In this document: in pieces, positions 50,885-63,965 of the stretch
Numbering within the stretch: position 1 is the first letter of the stretch
How the letters are laid out: every line of letters starts with the position of its first letter
Assembly: GCA_002245135.1 (NCBI GenBank)
Contig: NGBS01000900.1
Coordinates: forward strand, 1-64,000
Source of the DNA: Proteromonas lacertae
Lineage: Eukaryota
DNA: 64,000 nucleotides
Direction of reading: 5' to 3'
The notes under the pieces: model-generated
Told to the model about the DNA's origin: nothing
The model's database searches: none
Seen by the model: the letters and a program-made list of their open reading frames with translations, nothing else
Made by a program: the position numbers and the translations under genes

Positions 50885-53006
50885 TTATTCGTTAACCCAC
50901 CATTTAGATAGTTCTATAACTCCTCTCTCACTTGTGCATGTGTAAAGATTCAAGCCACTTGGAATATTTGTGAAGAGAATTATGTTTTCACCATTTACAT
51001 CTTTAATTGAGAAAATTTTATTGTTCATGTCAAATAACACTTCAAATTTATGTAGATCGACATTTTTAGGATAATTATTAATTTCTACTCCAATGTTACA
51101 TTTGCTTAAGTTATAAGAATGTAAGTAAACTTCACAAAATTTGCCACACTTATTATACTTCATATGATATGAATCTAAAACACCACCTACTTGCGTGGAA
51201 TATGTAGAAGTGTAGAAAATGAAATGATAGACGCCCTTTTCCATCTTTATATCATAAAAAGTTCTTCTGTAATACTCTCTTCTATAGCTTAAGAATATTT
51301 CTGTTTTCATTCCTTTTTTGTAAGCTTTATTTATACATGAGTAATTATCTACTTAATTAATATAAATATATATATACTGTCATATTCCCAACAGATCTTT
51401 TCCATTTTATAATGAATTTCATCCCAAACATTTTTAATAGATATAGTTATATGTCCTGAATATGATTTATGGACTTTACCAATTATTTCTCCATTCCTTA
51501 TATTAAAGAACATATCAGGTAAACCTATACAAAATATATTTTAAATACTAGCTTCTATAAGAGAAAACTCTTCAACATCTCCATCAATTCGTGGTTTTAA
51601 TATTCCATTTTCATTATTAAATAAATCTCCATCATAATCCGCACTTTTAATTCTTCGATCTATAATTGAATATATAAAAAATATTACATTTTATTTTCTT
51701 TCTTTTTGTTTCATCTTTTATTATTTCATTTATTATTTCATTTTCTCTATCTTCAATACCTCTTTTATGAATATAATAATATATTATGTTAATATCATAA
51801 TTTCTATTTAAAAATATTTTGTCATTCTCAATGAAATCATATATTAATTCCATCTTACATTTCTTTACCATTATATCAAGGAGATTATCAATATCATTAC
51901 ATCCAATCATAAATACTGAAATACACTTTAAAATATTCTTACTCCTGTTATTTCTTTTCAAATAATTATCCCATTTATTATCATTATACTCATTTAGTAA
52001 TTCATTCAATACTTCCTTGTATTCTTTATAATCTATTATCTCGTTGTATTTATAGAATAATAAAAGTATAAACATTTTGATTATCATATTTCCTTTACTT
52101 AGTAACACACTTTTGTCTCTCTTTTTATTAATTCACAAATTTCTTTTTCATTATCTTCATCATCTAAAAATATGTGAAAATCTAATATATACTTTCAATT
52201 TCTATTTCTTCATCTTTTTGGGGATAATGTTCAATAAGATACTCATATACAGTTTGATTTTTTATTCTAGGCACTGGAGTGTATTCAATAAAGCGATTTC
52301 TTTCATTTTCATGAAATCTTTTCAGTTGCGTTTCTATTAAACATTTATCTTCATATGAAAAATATTCTTCGTTCTTCTTTATATAATTTTCAAAAATTGT
52401 TTCTAATTCTTTTTTGTTTCCATTGAATTTTATTTTATTCAGAAATATTTCTAGTAATGTATTTACATTCATTTCATTTATAAGTTGTTCATTTAATAAT
52501 CTATAATTCTTTACACTTAAATAGTTTTCTATTTCTATTTTCATCTCTAATAATTGTTTGTTATACAGTATACTCTTTTCATTTAATAATTCAACTACTA
52601 TTCTTACATTTTCATTTATTCTTTTCATTATATAATCTTTCAGAATATTTAATAATCGATTCTCATTATAACAAACACAAATTAATAACATTTTCACACA
52701 ATTATGATCATGTATGTTTATTTCATTTCCTTTATAATATCTTTCTAGTAAAAGAAAACTTTCTTTACTACATCGTTCATATATTTCTAAAGGTTCTTTA
52801 AGCTCTTTATCTTCTAAGATTTGGCGAAATGTGTCATTAAAATAATAAAATAAAAACTTAGATGTTTTTATTTCTTCTCTCTCAACCACTACTCTCAAAT
52901 CATCAAATCCATATTTTATTACTTGACGAATCGCTCTAATTATAAAAATTATATCCGAATAAAAATAATACCCTTCATTATTACATAAATCAGATCTTAT
53001 ATACAT
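50885..53006 (-). CDS. BTB/POZ + helical + putative Ig + SPRY-like protein (paralog of 59604-61749)
   Basis: GFDDLRVVV...F+++ BTB start, GLPDMFFNIRNGEIIG and IKMEKGVYHF...FEVLFDMNNKIFSI; shares the first-intron position with its paralog. Confidence 0.6.
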
Positions 53007-53236
53007 CTATATGTTTATCTAAAACAAAACGATAAAAGAGGTAAATTGATGTAAATTACATTAATCATGTCAGAAGTTCATATTTGACTTTATGAATGAA
53101 TATATAATAAATATCACTATTAACTACTTTAACAGTTATATTCATAGTTTAAGCTAATACTTTTGCTATTATAATGTGAATTTCTTATTTATTAAGCGTA
53201 GATGTTTTAAATAGGGAAGATGAGAAATTTTTAAAA

Positions 53237-53308
53237 GGGGATTTGGTGTAGTGGTATCACGTTTGCTTTGCACGCAAAAGGTCACGGGTTCAATTCCCGT
53301 AGTCTCCA
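53237..53308 (+). tRNA. tRNA-Ala (anticodon UGC)
   Basis: Acceptor stem GGGGATT/AGTCTCC with the G3:U70 Ala determinant; anticodon arm TTTGC-TTTGCAC-GCAAA; T-loop GGTTCAATTCC; followed by a T-run. Confidence 0.95.
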
Positions 53309-53437
53309 TTTTCTTTTTTTTTTCTTTCTTTTAACTTTTGAATATGACTTTTATAATGAACAATTTGCTTAATACCCACAAATCAAAAATATATAAACCA
53401 ATCAATGATTTTTATCATTTAATTCTTTTAAATCGCT

Positions 53438-54940
53438 TTACTTGAATTGAGCAAATAATTGAACTGGTAAATTGTCAAATGTTTCTTTGCTACACCATCT
53501 ATCAGCTAATTGTTTCTTTTGTTCTTCATTATCAAGTTTTACTTCAGTCCAAGTGAAATATTCAGCATCGGGATTGTTTTCTAACATTGGTTCGATTGAA
53601 TGACCTCTTATTAACCAAGCACCTTTCACTTTGTATGGTTTATGTTCTTCATCACCATAAATTATCATTGTTCCAAAGGCATATTTTCTTAAAGCATCAC
53701 ATCTTTGAATATAACCATCAACCTATTCATTATTATTATATATATATATATATTATATATAGTTTATAATATTATCTTAGTGCAAATCCAAATATATTAT
53801 TTAAATTCACTATATTGGTGACGTAAAAGATATTTCATTATATGTTCTTTTATATTCATAAATATTTATTTATATTAAATATTCATTAGCAATAAAAAAA
53901 CAAAACACAAGAACAATAGAAGAAATAGAAGAGAGATATAATAATAATATAATATAATATATATATATATACAAAGTTAGCAGTCATGAATAATACTTCA
54001 TTATCAGTATCATACATGTAATCACTAAGCCATAAACTCCAACCTTCAGCATCATACACTGGATAGAATAAATCCATTACTTTATGGAAATCAGCTTCAT
54101 GATAATTGGAATAAGTTCTTAACCAATCATCTAATACCATCTTTGTTGGTGGCTAATTCTTCAAATGGATTTTTAGCTTTAGGTTTTGGAGCTTCTTCAG
54201 CTGGAGCTTCAGCTTTTTCACTCTTGTTTTCTTTTTTACCTTCTTTTTCTTTCTTAGGTTTTTCATAAGTCATCATTTTTTCACATAATTCAACTTTTCC
54301 TAACACAGCTGAGAATTCAGGTTGATTGATTAAAGTTATAAACCAACGAGTAACATTTGGAATTCCTTTACGATAACTAGCATCGAATAAATTCTTGAAA
54401 CCCATCATAAGTGTACAGCATAATACAATATCAGCTAAACTGATTCTTTCACCTGCAATAAAGGTATGATGTAATAAATAATCATCCATGATTTTAAGTA
54501 AAGTAGCTGTCTTAGCTTTAGCTTGGGTTTCTTCGTTTTGACGGTATTGACCATATCCAAATAATGGACCTAACCAAGCCAACAAAGCTGGAGCCAATTC
54601 AGTGTTATTCCAGTCACACCATTGATCTACTTGACCACATTCATAAAAACTGTTTCCACATAAACCAACATCTGGTCTCATTCTAGCTACATAACGAGCA
54701 ATGGCGTTACTTTCGAATAAACAACCTTCTGGGGTTTCTAAGGTTGGTACTTTACCATTTGGATTCTTTTTTAAGAATTCTGGTGTTTTGTTTTCTTCTC
54801 CAAACTTGAAGGCTGGTACATTGATCTTTACATTACAGTATTGAGCTGCAATTAAAGCCTTGTTGGAGTTAATGCTGTTTGGATATGTATATAATGTCTA
54901 CAATATAAAATAAATGCATTATATTCTATACAAGACTCAT
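53438..54940 (-). CDS. EEF1G: Elongation factor 1-gamma, copy A (1-nt insertion at about 54153)
   Basis: GST-like N-terminus (KNPNGKVPTLETPEG, FESNAIARYVAR) and EF1G C-domain; the extra base is seen relative to copy B. Confidence 0.88.
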
Positions 54941-55073
54941 TTCGATTGATTTAAAATATGAATTTTGATCTAAGAAAATGATTGGTTGAAAATATAACGA
55001 ATAGTATTTCAAAAACTCATATCACAAGAAATACAAAAACAATTGCATAAATAAATACAATTTACTGTTACTA

Positions 55074-56337
55074 CTAATTGTCTGAATTATATAACTCACT
55101 TATATCCTCATAATTCAATTCTACTGTCTCATTCTTATATTCACCATTCAACAGCAATACAGTACAATTATATTTATTAATATTAATAGAAACAATCTCT
55201 CCAATTGAATTCCTAAATGCACCATTCAAAACCAACACTTTCTTACCTTTCTTTGGAATTACAGTTTCTAAGTCTTCTTGATCCATTCCTATTTCAGTTC
55301 CACTATCAATAACTTTCAAATATGCCAAATATTTATCTTTTACAGATGTAATACAGGCTTTTCTTTTATATAATTTTCCTTCTAAAATGTCTTTATTTTT
55401 TATTTTCACAATTATATTTGGATATACCCAATTATCACTTCTATTTTCTTTTTCTAATCTTTCTATCTTTCTTTTCTTTTTTCCTTCTTCTTCTTTCATT
55501 ATTAAATCAACATTTGACATATTTATCTTTCGTTTTTTTGATACTATATCGATTTTTATAGAATTATTGTCTTTTATGAAATTATCATTGTTTTTTATTA
55601 TGTTTTGTTTAGCTTGCTTTATTTCTATAGCTATTGGTTTATTAATATTTTCATTTTCTTCTATTTTAGTAACATTTTCTTCTTCCTCTTCTTTATTTTC
55701 TTCATTTTTATTTTTTTCATATTGCTCTTCTTCTTTTTTCAATTTCTTTAATTGTCTTTTCATTTCTTTTATTTTTCTTTCTTCTTCTATTGCTTCACTT
55801 TTTATTCTACTTTCTTCTTTTTCCTTTTCAATCATTTTCAATGGATCTTGGTTAATAAATTCTATATAATATCCTTTATCACTATTTTCTATATTACACT
55901 TTCCTGTTTGGCCTAAATGTTTTATAAATGCATTTAATGTTTCCCAACGAGTAGAATTCATGTGTTGGTGATATTTATCACTAATAAATTCTGTATAGCT
56001 ACAAAATATATATATTATTTATAAATTATACACTATATTTGCTAAAACTTTACGATCATGATATCTAAATTCTAATAATTTCAAAAACTCATTTTCAAAT
56101 ATTTGGGAGTTTCTTTCTAGTATTTTAGGTGCATTTTGAGAAAATAGTTCCATTTGTCTAACATGTGCTTCAGAACTGCAATGACATTTAAAACCATTTT
56201 GATCTCTACATTGTTTTTGACACATTTGACAATACCACTTTAACTTTTGCATTGAAGCATTCTATTTAACATAATTATATTTCTTTCTATACTTTCATTC
56301 GATTTGAGCTACTATTATCATAAGAATTAGAAGACAT
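55074..56337 (-). CDS. KIN17: KIN17 DNA/RNA-binding protein
   Basis: QKLKWYCQMCQKQCRDQNGFKCHCSSEAHVRQM, HMNSTRWETL, DQEDLETVIP; two GT-AG introns. Confidence 0.93.
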
Positions 56338-56604
56338 GCTTCAAAAAACAAAAAATAAAATTCTATCAAAACAGGTTTATAAAAATATTTTTCACTCCCC
56401 ATAACTGTCAAAGTAATATTAATTCCAGTGTATTACATAGTTATGAATGATTAAATGCAATTTATAATAAAATTTCTGGGTTTAAATGAAAAATTCGGAA
56501 GATTACACAGAAAAAAAGAAATATTATTCCAAAATTAAATCCGTTTTTAAAGTAAATTAACCAATCATATTGTTGCATTTCTATTCATTAATAAATCAAT
56601 CGAA

Positions 56605-58107
56605 ATGAGTCTTGTATAGAATATAATGCATTTATTTTATATTGTAGACATTATATACATATCCAAACAGCATTAACTCCAACAAGGCTTTAATTGCAGC
56701 TCAATACTGTAATGTAAAGATCAATGTACCAGCCTTCAAGTTTGGAGAAGAAAACAAAACACCAGAATTCTTAAAAAAGAATCCAAATGGTAAAGTACCA
56801 ACCTTAGAAACCCCAGAAGGTTGTTTATTCGAAAGTAACGCCATTGCTCGTTATGTAGCTAGAATGAGACCAGATGTTGGTTTATGTGGAAACAGTTTTT
56901 ATGAATGTGGTCAAGTAGATCAATGGTGTGACTGGAATAACACTGAATTAGCTCCAGCAGTTTCAGCCTGGATATATCCATTACTTGGATATGGACAATA
57001 CCGTCAAAACGAAGAAACCCAAGCTAAAGCTAAGACAGCTACTTTACTTAAAATCATGGATGATTATTTATTACATCATACCTTTATTGCAGGTGAAAGA
57101 ATCAGTTTAGCTGATATTGTATTATGCTGTACACTTATGATGGGTTTCAAGAATTTATTCGATGCTAGTTATCGTAAAGGAATTCCAAATGTTACTCGTT
57201 GGTTTATAACTTTAATCAATCAACCTGAATTCTCAGCTGTGTTAGGAAAAGTTGAATTATGTGAAAAAATGATGACTTATGAAAAACCTAAGAAAGAAAA
57301 AGAAGGTAAAAAAGAAAACAAGAGTGAAAAAGCTGAAGCTCCAGCTGAAGAAGCTCCAAAACCTAAAGCTAAAAATCCATTTGAAGAATTACCACCAACA
57401 AAGATGGTATTAGATGATTGGTTAAGAACTTATTCCAATTATCATGAAGCTGATTTCCATAAAGTAATGGATTTATTCTATCCAGTGTATGATGCTGAAG
57501 GTTGGAGTTTATGGCTTAGTGATTACATGTATGATACTGATAATGAAGTATTATTCATGACTGCTAACTTTGTATATATATATTATATTATATTATATTA
57601 TTATTATATCTCTCTTCTATTTCTTCTATTGTTCTTGTGTTTTGTTTTTTTATTGCTAATGAATATTTAATATAAATAAATATTTATGAATATAAAAGAA
57701 CATATAATGAAATATCTTTTACGTCACCAATATAGTGAATTTAAATAATATATTTGGATTTGCACTAAGATAATATTATAAACTATATATAATATATATA
57801 TATATATAATAATAATGAATAGGTTGATGGTTATATTCAAAGATGTGATGCTTTAAGAAAATATGCCTTTGGAACAATGATAATTTATGGTGATGAAGAA
57901 CATAAACCATACAAAGTGAAAGGTGCTTGGTTAATAAGAGGTCATTCAATCGAACCAATGTTAGAAAACAATCCCGATGCTGAATATTTCACTTGGACTG
58001 AAGTAAAACTTGATAATGAAGAACAAAAGAAACAATTAGCTGATAGATGGTGTAGCAAAGAAACATTTGACAATTTACCAGTTCAATTATTTGCTCAATT
58101 CAAGTAA
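56605..58107 (+). CDS. EEF1G: Elongation factor 1-gamma, copy B
   Basis: Intact frame with a short first intron and a 251-nt intron at 57572-57822; LDDWLRTYSN, EGWSLW, QRCDALRKYAFG. Confidence 0.93.
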
Positions 58108-58268
58108 AGCGATTTAAAAGAATTAAATGATAAAAATCATTGATTGGTTTATATATTTTTGATTTGTGGGTATTAAGCAAATTGTTCATTTTAAAAGTCA
58201 TATTCATAATTAATGCTATAAATACATTTCAAATAATTAATAAAACGAAATTAAGTATTTATATATAG

Positions 58269-59402
58269 TTTTTTTGAAGAGGAAAAGAATCAATCATCAA
58301 ATTAATTCTTCAGTTTAAAAGATTTCAATTACATTCTATACTAAAAACAATAGCAGATGTTATAGAGTCTATTACCTTTGCTTTGTATGAAGATTCAGTA
58401 GATTTGGCAGTGTATTTTATTTGTTATATAATGGAAGAACAGTTTAAGGATTATTATGCTTATGTTGTAGCTGTTTTAAATATAAATCATTATTGTCATA
58501 CAACAATTCATCATGATAAAGAGTTTAAAGAGGAAGAAGAAATTGTAAGAAAACATAACATTGAAAGTATATTGGATTATGATTTTGATGATAAAAGAAT
58601 TCTGTATGAATCATTTTCAAAGAGTATTTATCACGAGAGATTGGAGTATTTAGGTGATGCAATATTAGATTGGATATTATTTTTAGATATTTATTCCAAA
58701 TATAAAGAATCATTAACTCCGCTTATTATATATGGTATATATGATAAAGAGTATATATATTTATATAGATCTAAGAGCTAACTTAACATCAAATGAAGCA
58801 CAATGCTATATTTTTTGTTCTTTAGGATTACATAATGTTTTGATAGATACAACAACTGATCATTCCAAAATTGATGAATATGTATTTATATATTCATGAT
58901 TATATATATTTAATAGATTGAAAAGTTAAGAAAAGGTCAAATTAATTTTGGAAATGGAAGTGAATTCAAAACAATCTCTCCTTTATGTCCTTCCTCTGCA
59001 TTATTAGAAATTGAAAAAATAGATGAATTTGGATGTGGAAATAGAAATATAACCTGGAAAGTATTAAGTGATACTTTTGAAGCTTTAATTGGAGGTGTAT
59101 TATTAGATGGTGGAATAAGCAAGACAATTCAAGTTGTACATAGAATAATGGAACCTTTTCTGTCTAAACATATGAATATTGATAATATTAAACACCATCC
59201 TGCTACTAATCTACAGCTTTATGTTCAGGAGAATAAAATGAATATGTCTATTGAATGTACATTACTTTCAGATGATCAATACGAATGTAAAATCATTATA
59301 GATAACACACTATACGCAACTGAGAAGGATTTCAAAAAGAAAGAAGCAGTGTATAAAGCTTATATTACTGCAAATCGTGTTTTAAATATTGCTAATAAAT
59401 AA
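58269..59402 (+). CDS. Dicer-like C-terminal module: end of RNase IIIa, RNase IIIb and dsRBD; 5' part missing
   Basis: KTIADVIES, ERLEYLGDAILD, DLRANLTSNE, KVLSDTFEALIGGVLLDGG, HPATNLQLYVQE...KKEA..KA; two GT-AG introns. Confidence 0.8.
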
Positions 59403-59603
59403 ATATATATCTTCATTAATACTCTAATTTTTAATTTCATTGTTATTAATACCCAATTGTTGAATCATACTTATCATCAGAACACATGCATTAGAATTAT
59501 AACATTTTTGTTTATCTATAGCAACTCTGTGATTAGAAAAATGAAATTAATACCAATTTACATTGACATTGTCATTATTATGTAACAATTTGCATTTCTT
59601 AAA

Positions 59604-61749
59604 ATGAAAGTATCTGATTCATATATTAGTGAAAATGGGTATTATATATATTAAATGTAACAAAAATAGACTATGCAGACAAATTGCAAATCAAGGCTTT
59701 GGAGATTTAAAAGTTTTAGTTGGAGGAGAAGAAATTATTAGTTCAAAGGCCGTTTTCATAGTTTCAAACCCTATATTCAAAGAATTGATAGAAAATAGTG
59801 AAAATGGTAATGTTATTGAATTTAATGAGGATTGTAGTATTGAATCATTTTTTGAGCTAGAAAAGTATTACAGTGGAGGGTGTATGAATATAAATCAGAA
59901 TAATGTATGTGACATGCTATCAACATGTATTTATTATAATGAATGTAAAGTAATTCCAAGTTGTTTGAAGTTTATAAAAGAACATTTAAATGAAGAAGTC
60001 ATTATGAAACTGATAAGAATGATTAATGCATATGAAGATAATATTGAAAGAATGAAAGAAGTGATAAGAGAGGTAAAGGTTATAATTGATAATTATGTCA
60101 AGAAAAATGGATATAAACTATTGAAAGAAGAATATTTGAATGAATTAGAATTGAAAGATTTGAGAATAATAATAAAAGAAATGAAATATATAAAGAATAA
60201 TGAGAATTGGTTATTTAATATTTTGTTCGAAAAATATGAAAAAGAAATGGAAAAAGAAATATATAATGAAAAAGAAAAGATTGAAATAGAGAATGAATAT
60301 ATAGATTTAATAACAAAATCAATTAATTTTGATAAAATAGAGATGAGATTATTAAGACCAAGAGAAGTTGATTTTATAAAAGATAAAATGAGTTTGTCAA
60401 AACTGTTTTACAAAAGTAATAATAAAAATAATAATCATATATTCATTAATTTGAATAAGATAGAAGATAAAGAGATAGAAGAAATAATATTTAAATATTA
60501 TATAGAAGATGAGTTAATATTAATAGAAGAAAGAGATATAGAAGTATTAGAAAAGAGTGATGTAAAGAAGGTAATAGAAATGCTAATACAACATGAAGAT
60601 ATAAAAATGAAAGAAATAAGCATGATGATCATTCTTGATAGTAAAATGAGAAATGAAAATGTAGATGAAATAATTAGTAAAGAAGAAATGTCTAATCTAA
60701 TTATGTTATTAGCAAATGAATATAAATCCAATGAAAGTGAAAGATTATATAAATGCTTTTGTTTATTCATTAAAGATACAGATACTATATCAACAATTAG
60801 ATATTTATGTGGAATAGAAATATTCTTTCATATATTGAATTACTGCTGTTATTTAACTAATGATATAAAAGAAAAATTAATCACTTATATAAGAAATCAA
60901 ATTTGTAATGATAATGAATATGAAATGATGATAAAAACAGTGTACAATAAAGAAATAATATCAGAATTAATAAAAGTTACCTCATTTACCTATCCTTCAT
61001 CAATAATAAAAGTATATGGCAAATTCTCAATTAAACCAACATATGATGGTAAAAATTGTAAATTTTCAATAGAACCACAATTACCAGATGGAATTATGTT
61101 AAATTCTAAAACAGGAGAAATTAATGGTTGTATTGATAAAGAAATTGATAACACTGAAAATTTAGTAAGATGTCATAATACGATTTACAATTTGGAATAT
61201 AAAATAACATTAGTTTATGAAAATATTGTATTTTCTAAGGAATATAAAAATAAATATGTGACAGTCAGTTATAATGACAAAATAATAACTAATAATGATA
61301 GTAATAATGATGATGATGATATTAATGATCATTGTTTCATTGAGATAAAGATGGAAAGGGGGATATATCGTTTTGTGTATAAATTTTTGCAAAATAGATC
61401 AGATAATGATTCACTATCGTTTAGTTTATCTATTGTAATGTGTGGAGGATATTATGGTAATTATGAGTTTTATTCATGTGGATATGCTATAGAAAATGGT
61501 AGAAGTCTAGATATTACAGGTTTTTGTAATATTGGAAGAGTTGTTAATAAAAATCCAAATTTCAATGATTGTGGAGATGGTTCAATTTATGAAGTGATTG
61601 TTGATATGAATAAAAGAGAATTTTGGATTAGTCATAATTATTCATCTCCTGTTTTACTTGTTAAAGATTTACCTTCTCCATTATATCCATGCTGTGAATC
61701 AGGATCAAAATGTTCAATAGAATTAATATCATATATGCATTATGAATAA
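59604..61749 (+). CDS. BTB/POZ + helical + putative Ig + SPRY-like protein
   Basis: GDLKVLVGGEEIISSKAVFIVSNPIFKELI; PQLPDGIMLNSKTGEING; IKMERGIYRF...DGSIYEVIVDMNKREFWI; first intron near 59639-59669. Confidence 0.72.
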
Positions 61750-62481
61750 TTATTATTTGAGATATTATTTGCTTTGTATGGGTAGTTTAATACTCCTAAT
61801 CATAATAGTAATAGTAAATAACAGAATATCAATAGAAAGCATTTTCTTGATGATCATATTGGCTATATTTCTTTTTTCATCATTTATTATTTTTTGAATT
61901 ATTATTGTTTTAGATTGTATAGTCAGTTGTATTAAGATCTATTTCAACTAGCAAATTATAAAAATGTTTTGTTTGGATACCTAGTAGTTTATACTTAATT
62001 TACTATATTGTAAACAAAAAAGTCCAAGCTATGCTGTGTATAAAATATTACCTGCTTAAAGTAAAAGACTCTTTCTGAAGTAGAAAACCAACAAACATGT
62101 AACATTAAAACCAAATGAAACTAAATTAACCATTTAATTAAATGCAAAGAGTGGAATGAAAATAAAAAATTGAATAAAAACAAAAAAGAATATGAAGTAA
62201 AATAGATGAGAGTGATTGTAAGATATATAGAAATGTTTAGACGGAAACAAGATCTTCATCATTAGTTGATAATAAAAAAATTATAAGTACATGTTTACAA
62301 ATTATAAAATTACAGTGAATCTAAATTTAAACATAATCATAATAGTCATTATTAAATAATCATTTACATATACAATTATTACATATAAGTGATGTTATTA
62401 AGAGAAAATAAAATTACACCTACAAAGCATAACGACTATATTATTTAATTTGATTTTCTGTTTTAGTTTAGTAGTTGGTAT

Positions 62482-63965
62482 ATGGGTAATAAAACTTCTA
62501 AACAATTAGGATTAGGCTTTTTAAGTAATTATAAAGTATAGTAGTTATAATTTTTACACTAGATACTGAAAAATTTAGATGCTTCTAACCACATGAATAT
62601 ATTTCTTGTAAAGAACAGAGAAAATGGCAGGATTGAGAGACTTAAAATGGTAATTTGTGAAAACTTTCCTGATCAAAATGTAGGTTACTTTTATAGTAGG
62701 TTAAACATCATTCAATCATTTTGTTCATATTATATAACTCCTTACATTATGATAAGAAGAACCCCAGAATATGTAGTATTTTCAGTTCCAGAATTTGAAA
62801 CGTCACTATCGAAGGTAAATATTAAGGAGTACTTTAGAGAATTAGACAGATATACGCTTATTTTAGAAATATGTTATGCAACCAAAATATTACATCATTT
62901 TCATGGATTAATAAATGGTAATATAAAACCAAATAATATTCTAATTAGTAAAGATGGGCATTACTATGTTTCTGATTTGTCTTCATATTTATTATATTCT
63001 GATACACCAAGTGGCTACCCTTTAAATGTAAATAGTATTGATTATATGCCTCCAGAGATGTTGTATAATCAAGAAATCACCACTAAATCAGATATGTGGA
63101 ATATTGGAGTTATTATGTATTATATATTCTTTGGAATAACTCCATTTCATGGTAAAAATATAACGGACATTATATTGAATATTAAATTATGTTCTTATTC
63201 AATGAAACTTATTGGATCAACTGATGAAAGTAGTAAAGTAGAACAAGAAATATTTCAAGAAGAATGTAAAAGAGTATACAAAATAATCCAGAAATTAATT
63301 GTAAAAGATGAAGGTAAAAGAATTAATATTGATGAACTATTTGAAGAAATAAAAAGTATGTACATTGTTTATATTTTTATATATTTTGATTAGATGCAAA
63401 TGGAATAAACGCTATGACAAACAAAGAAAATGAAAAAAGTGTGAATTTAGATATTCATTTTGCTAAAGATTATAAACACAAAAACATTGATATTGATGAA
63501 GATGATCCTAAATGTATAACTAATATAAAATATAAGAAATCAACTTGGCCGCATTGCTATACAAACATTACAATGAATGTAAATACAGGTGTTTATCATA
63601 TCATATTTCAAGTATTTGTGAGTAGAAAAGAAGGAGGACAATTCTTCTTTGGAGGTACAAATAGTTTAAAATATAAAGGAAATGATGTTACAGATGGTAA
63701 AGGAACGTGTTGTATTTCTGTTGGTTGGAATGGATCGTTGATTTATGGTAAAAATGGTGATATAATTCAAAAACCTACAGGTTATGCTAGTGATGGTGAA
63801 AAATATGAACTTATATTTAATTCTAATCATAATAGTTTCAGTATCAAATTTGAAGATGGAAGAGAAGAAATTCTTTTCAAAAACATCAAATATCCCTTAA
63901 AAGTATTTGCAATACCTGCCTATTTGGGAGATTCTGTTGAGGTTATTAGTTGTTGGAAGTTGTAA
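62482..63965 (+). CDS. Probably N-myristoylated pseudokinase fused to a SPRY-like domain
   Basis: Starts MGNKTS. NGNIKPNNIL replaces HRD and DLS replaces DFG; YMPPE and SDMWNIG are present. Intron 63356-63393 joins in frame to HCYTNITM..GVYHIIF...DGEKYELIFN. Confidence 0.72.

Larger units (their letters stand above)
53339..58206. repeat. Inverted duplication, arms about 53339-54953 and 56592-58206, enclosing KIN17
   Basis: The arms are near-identical reverse complements, including introns and about 100 nt past the stop codon. Confidence 0.92.

Noticed and set aside
61750..62480. Longest intergenic gap as a possible element or RNA gene
   Set aside because: I could not recognise any ORF, terminal repeat or RNA motif.
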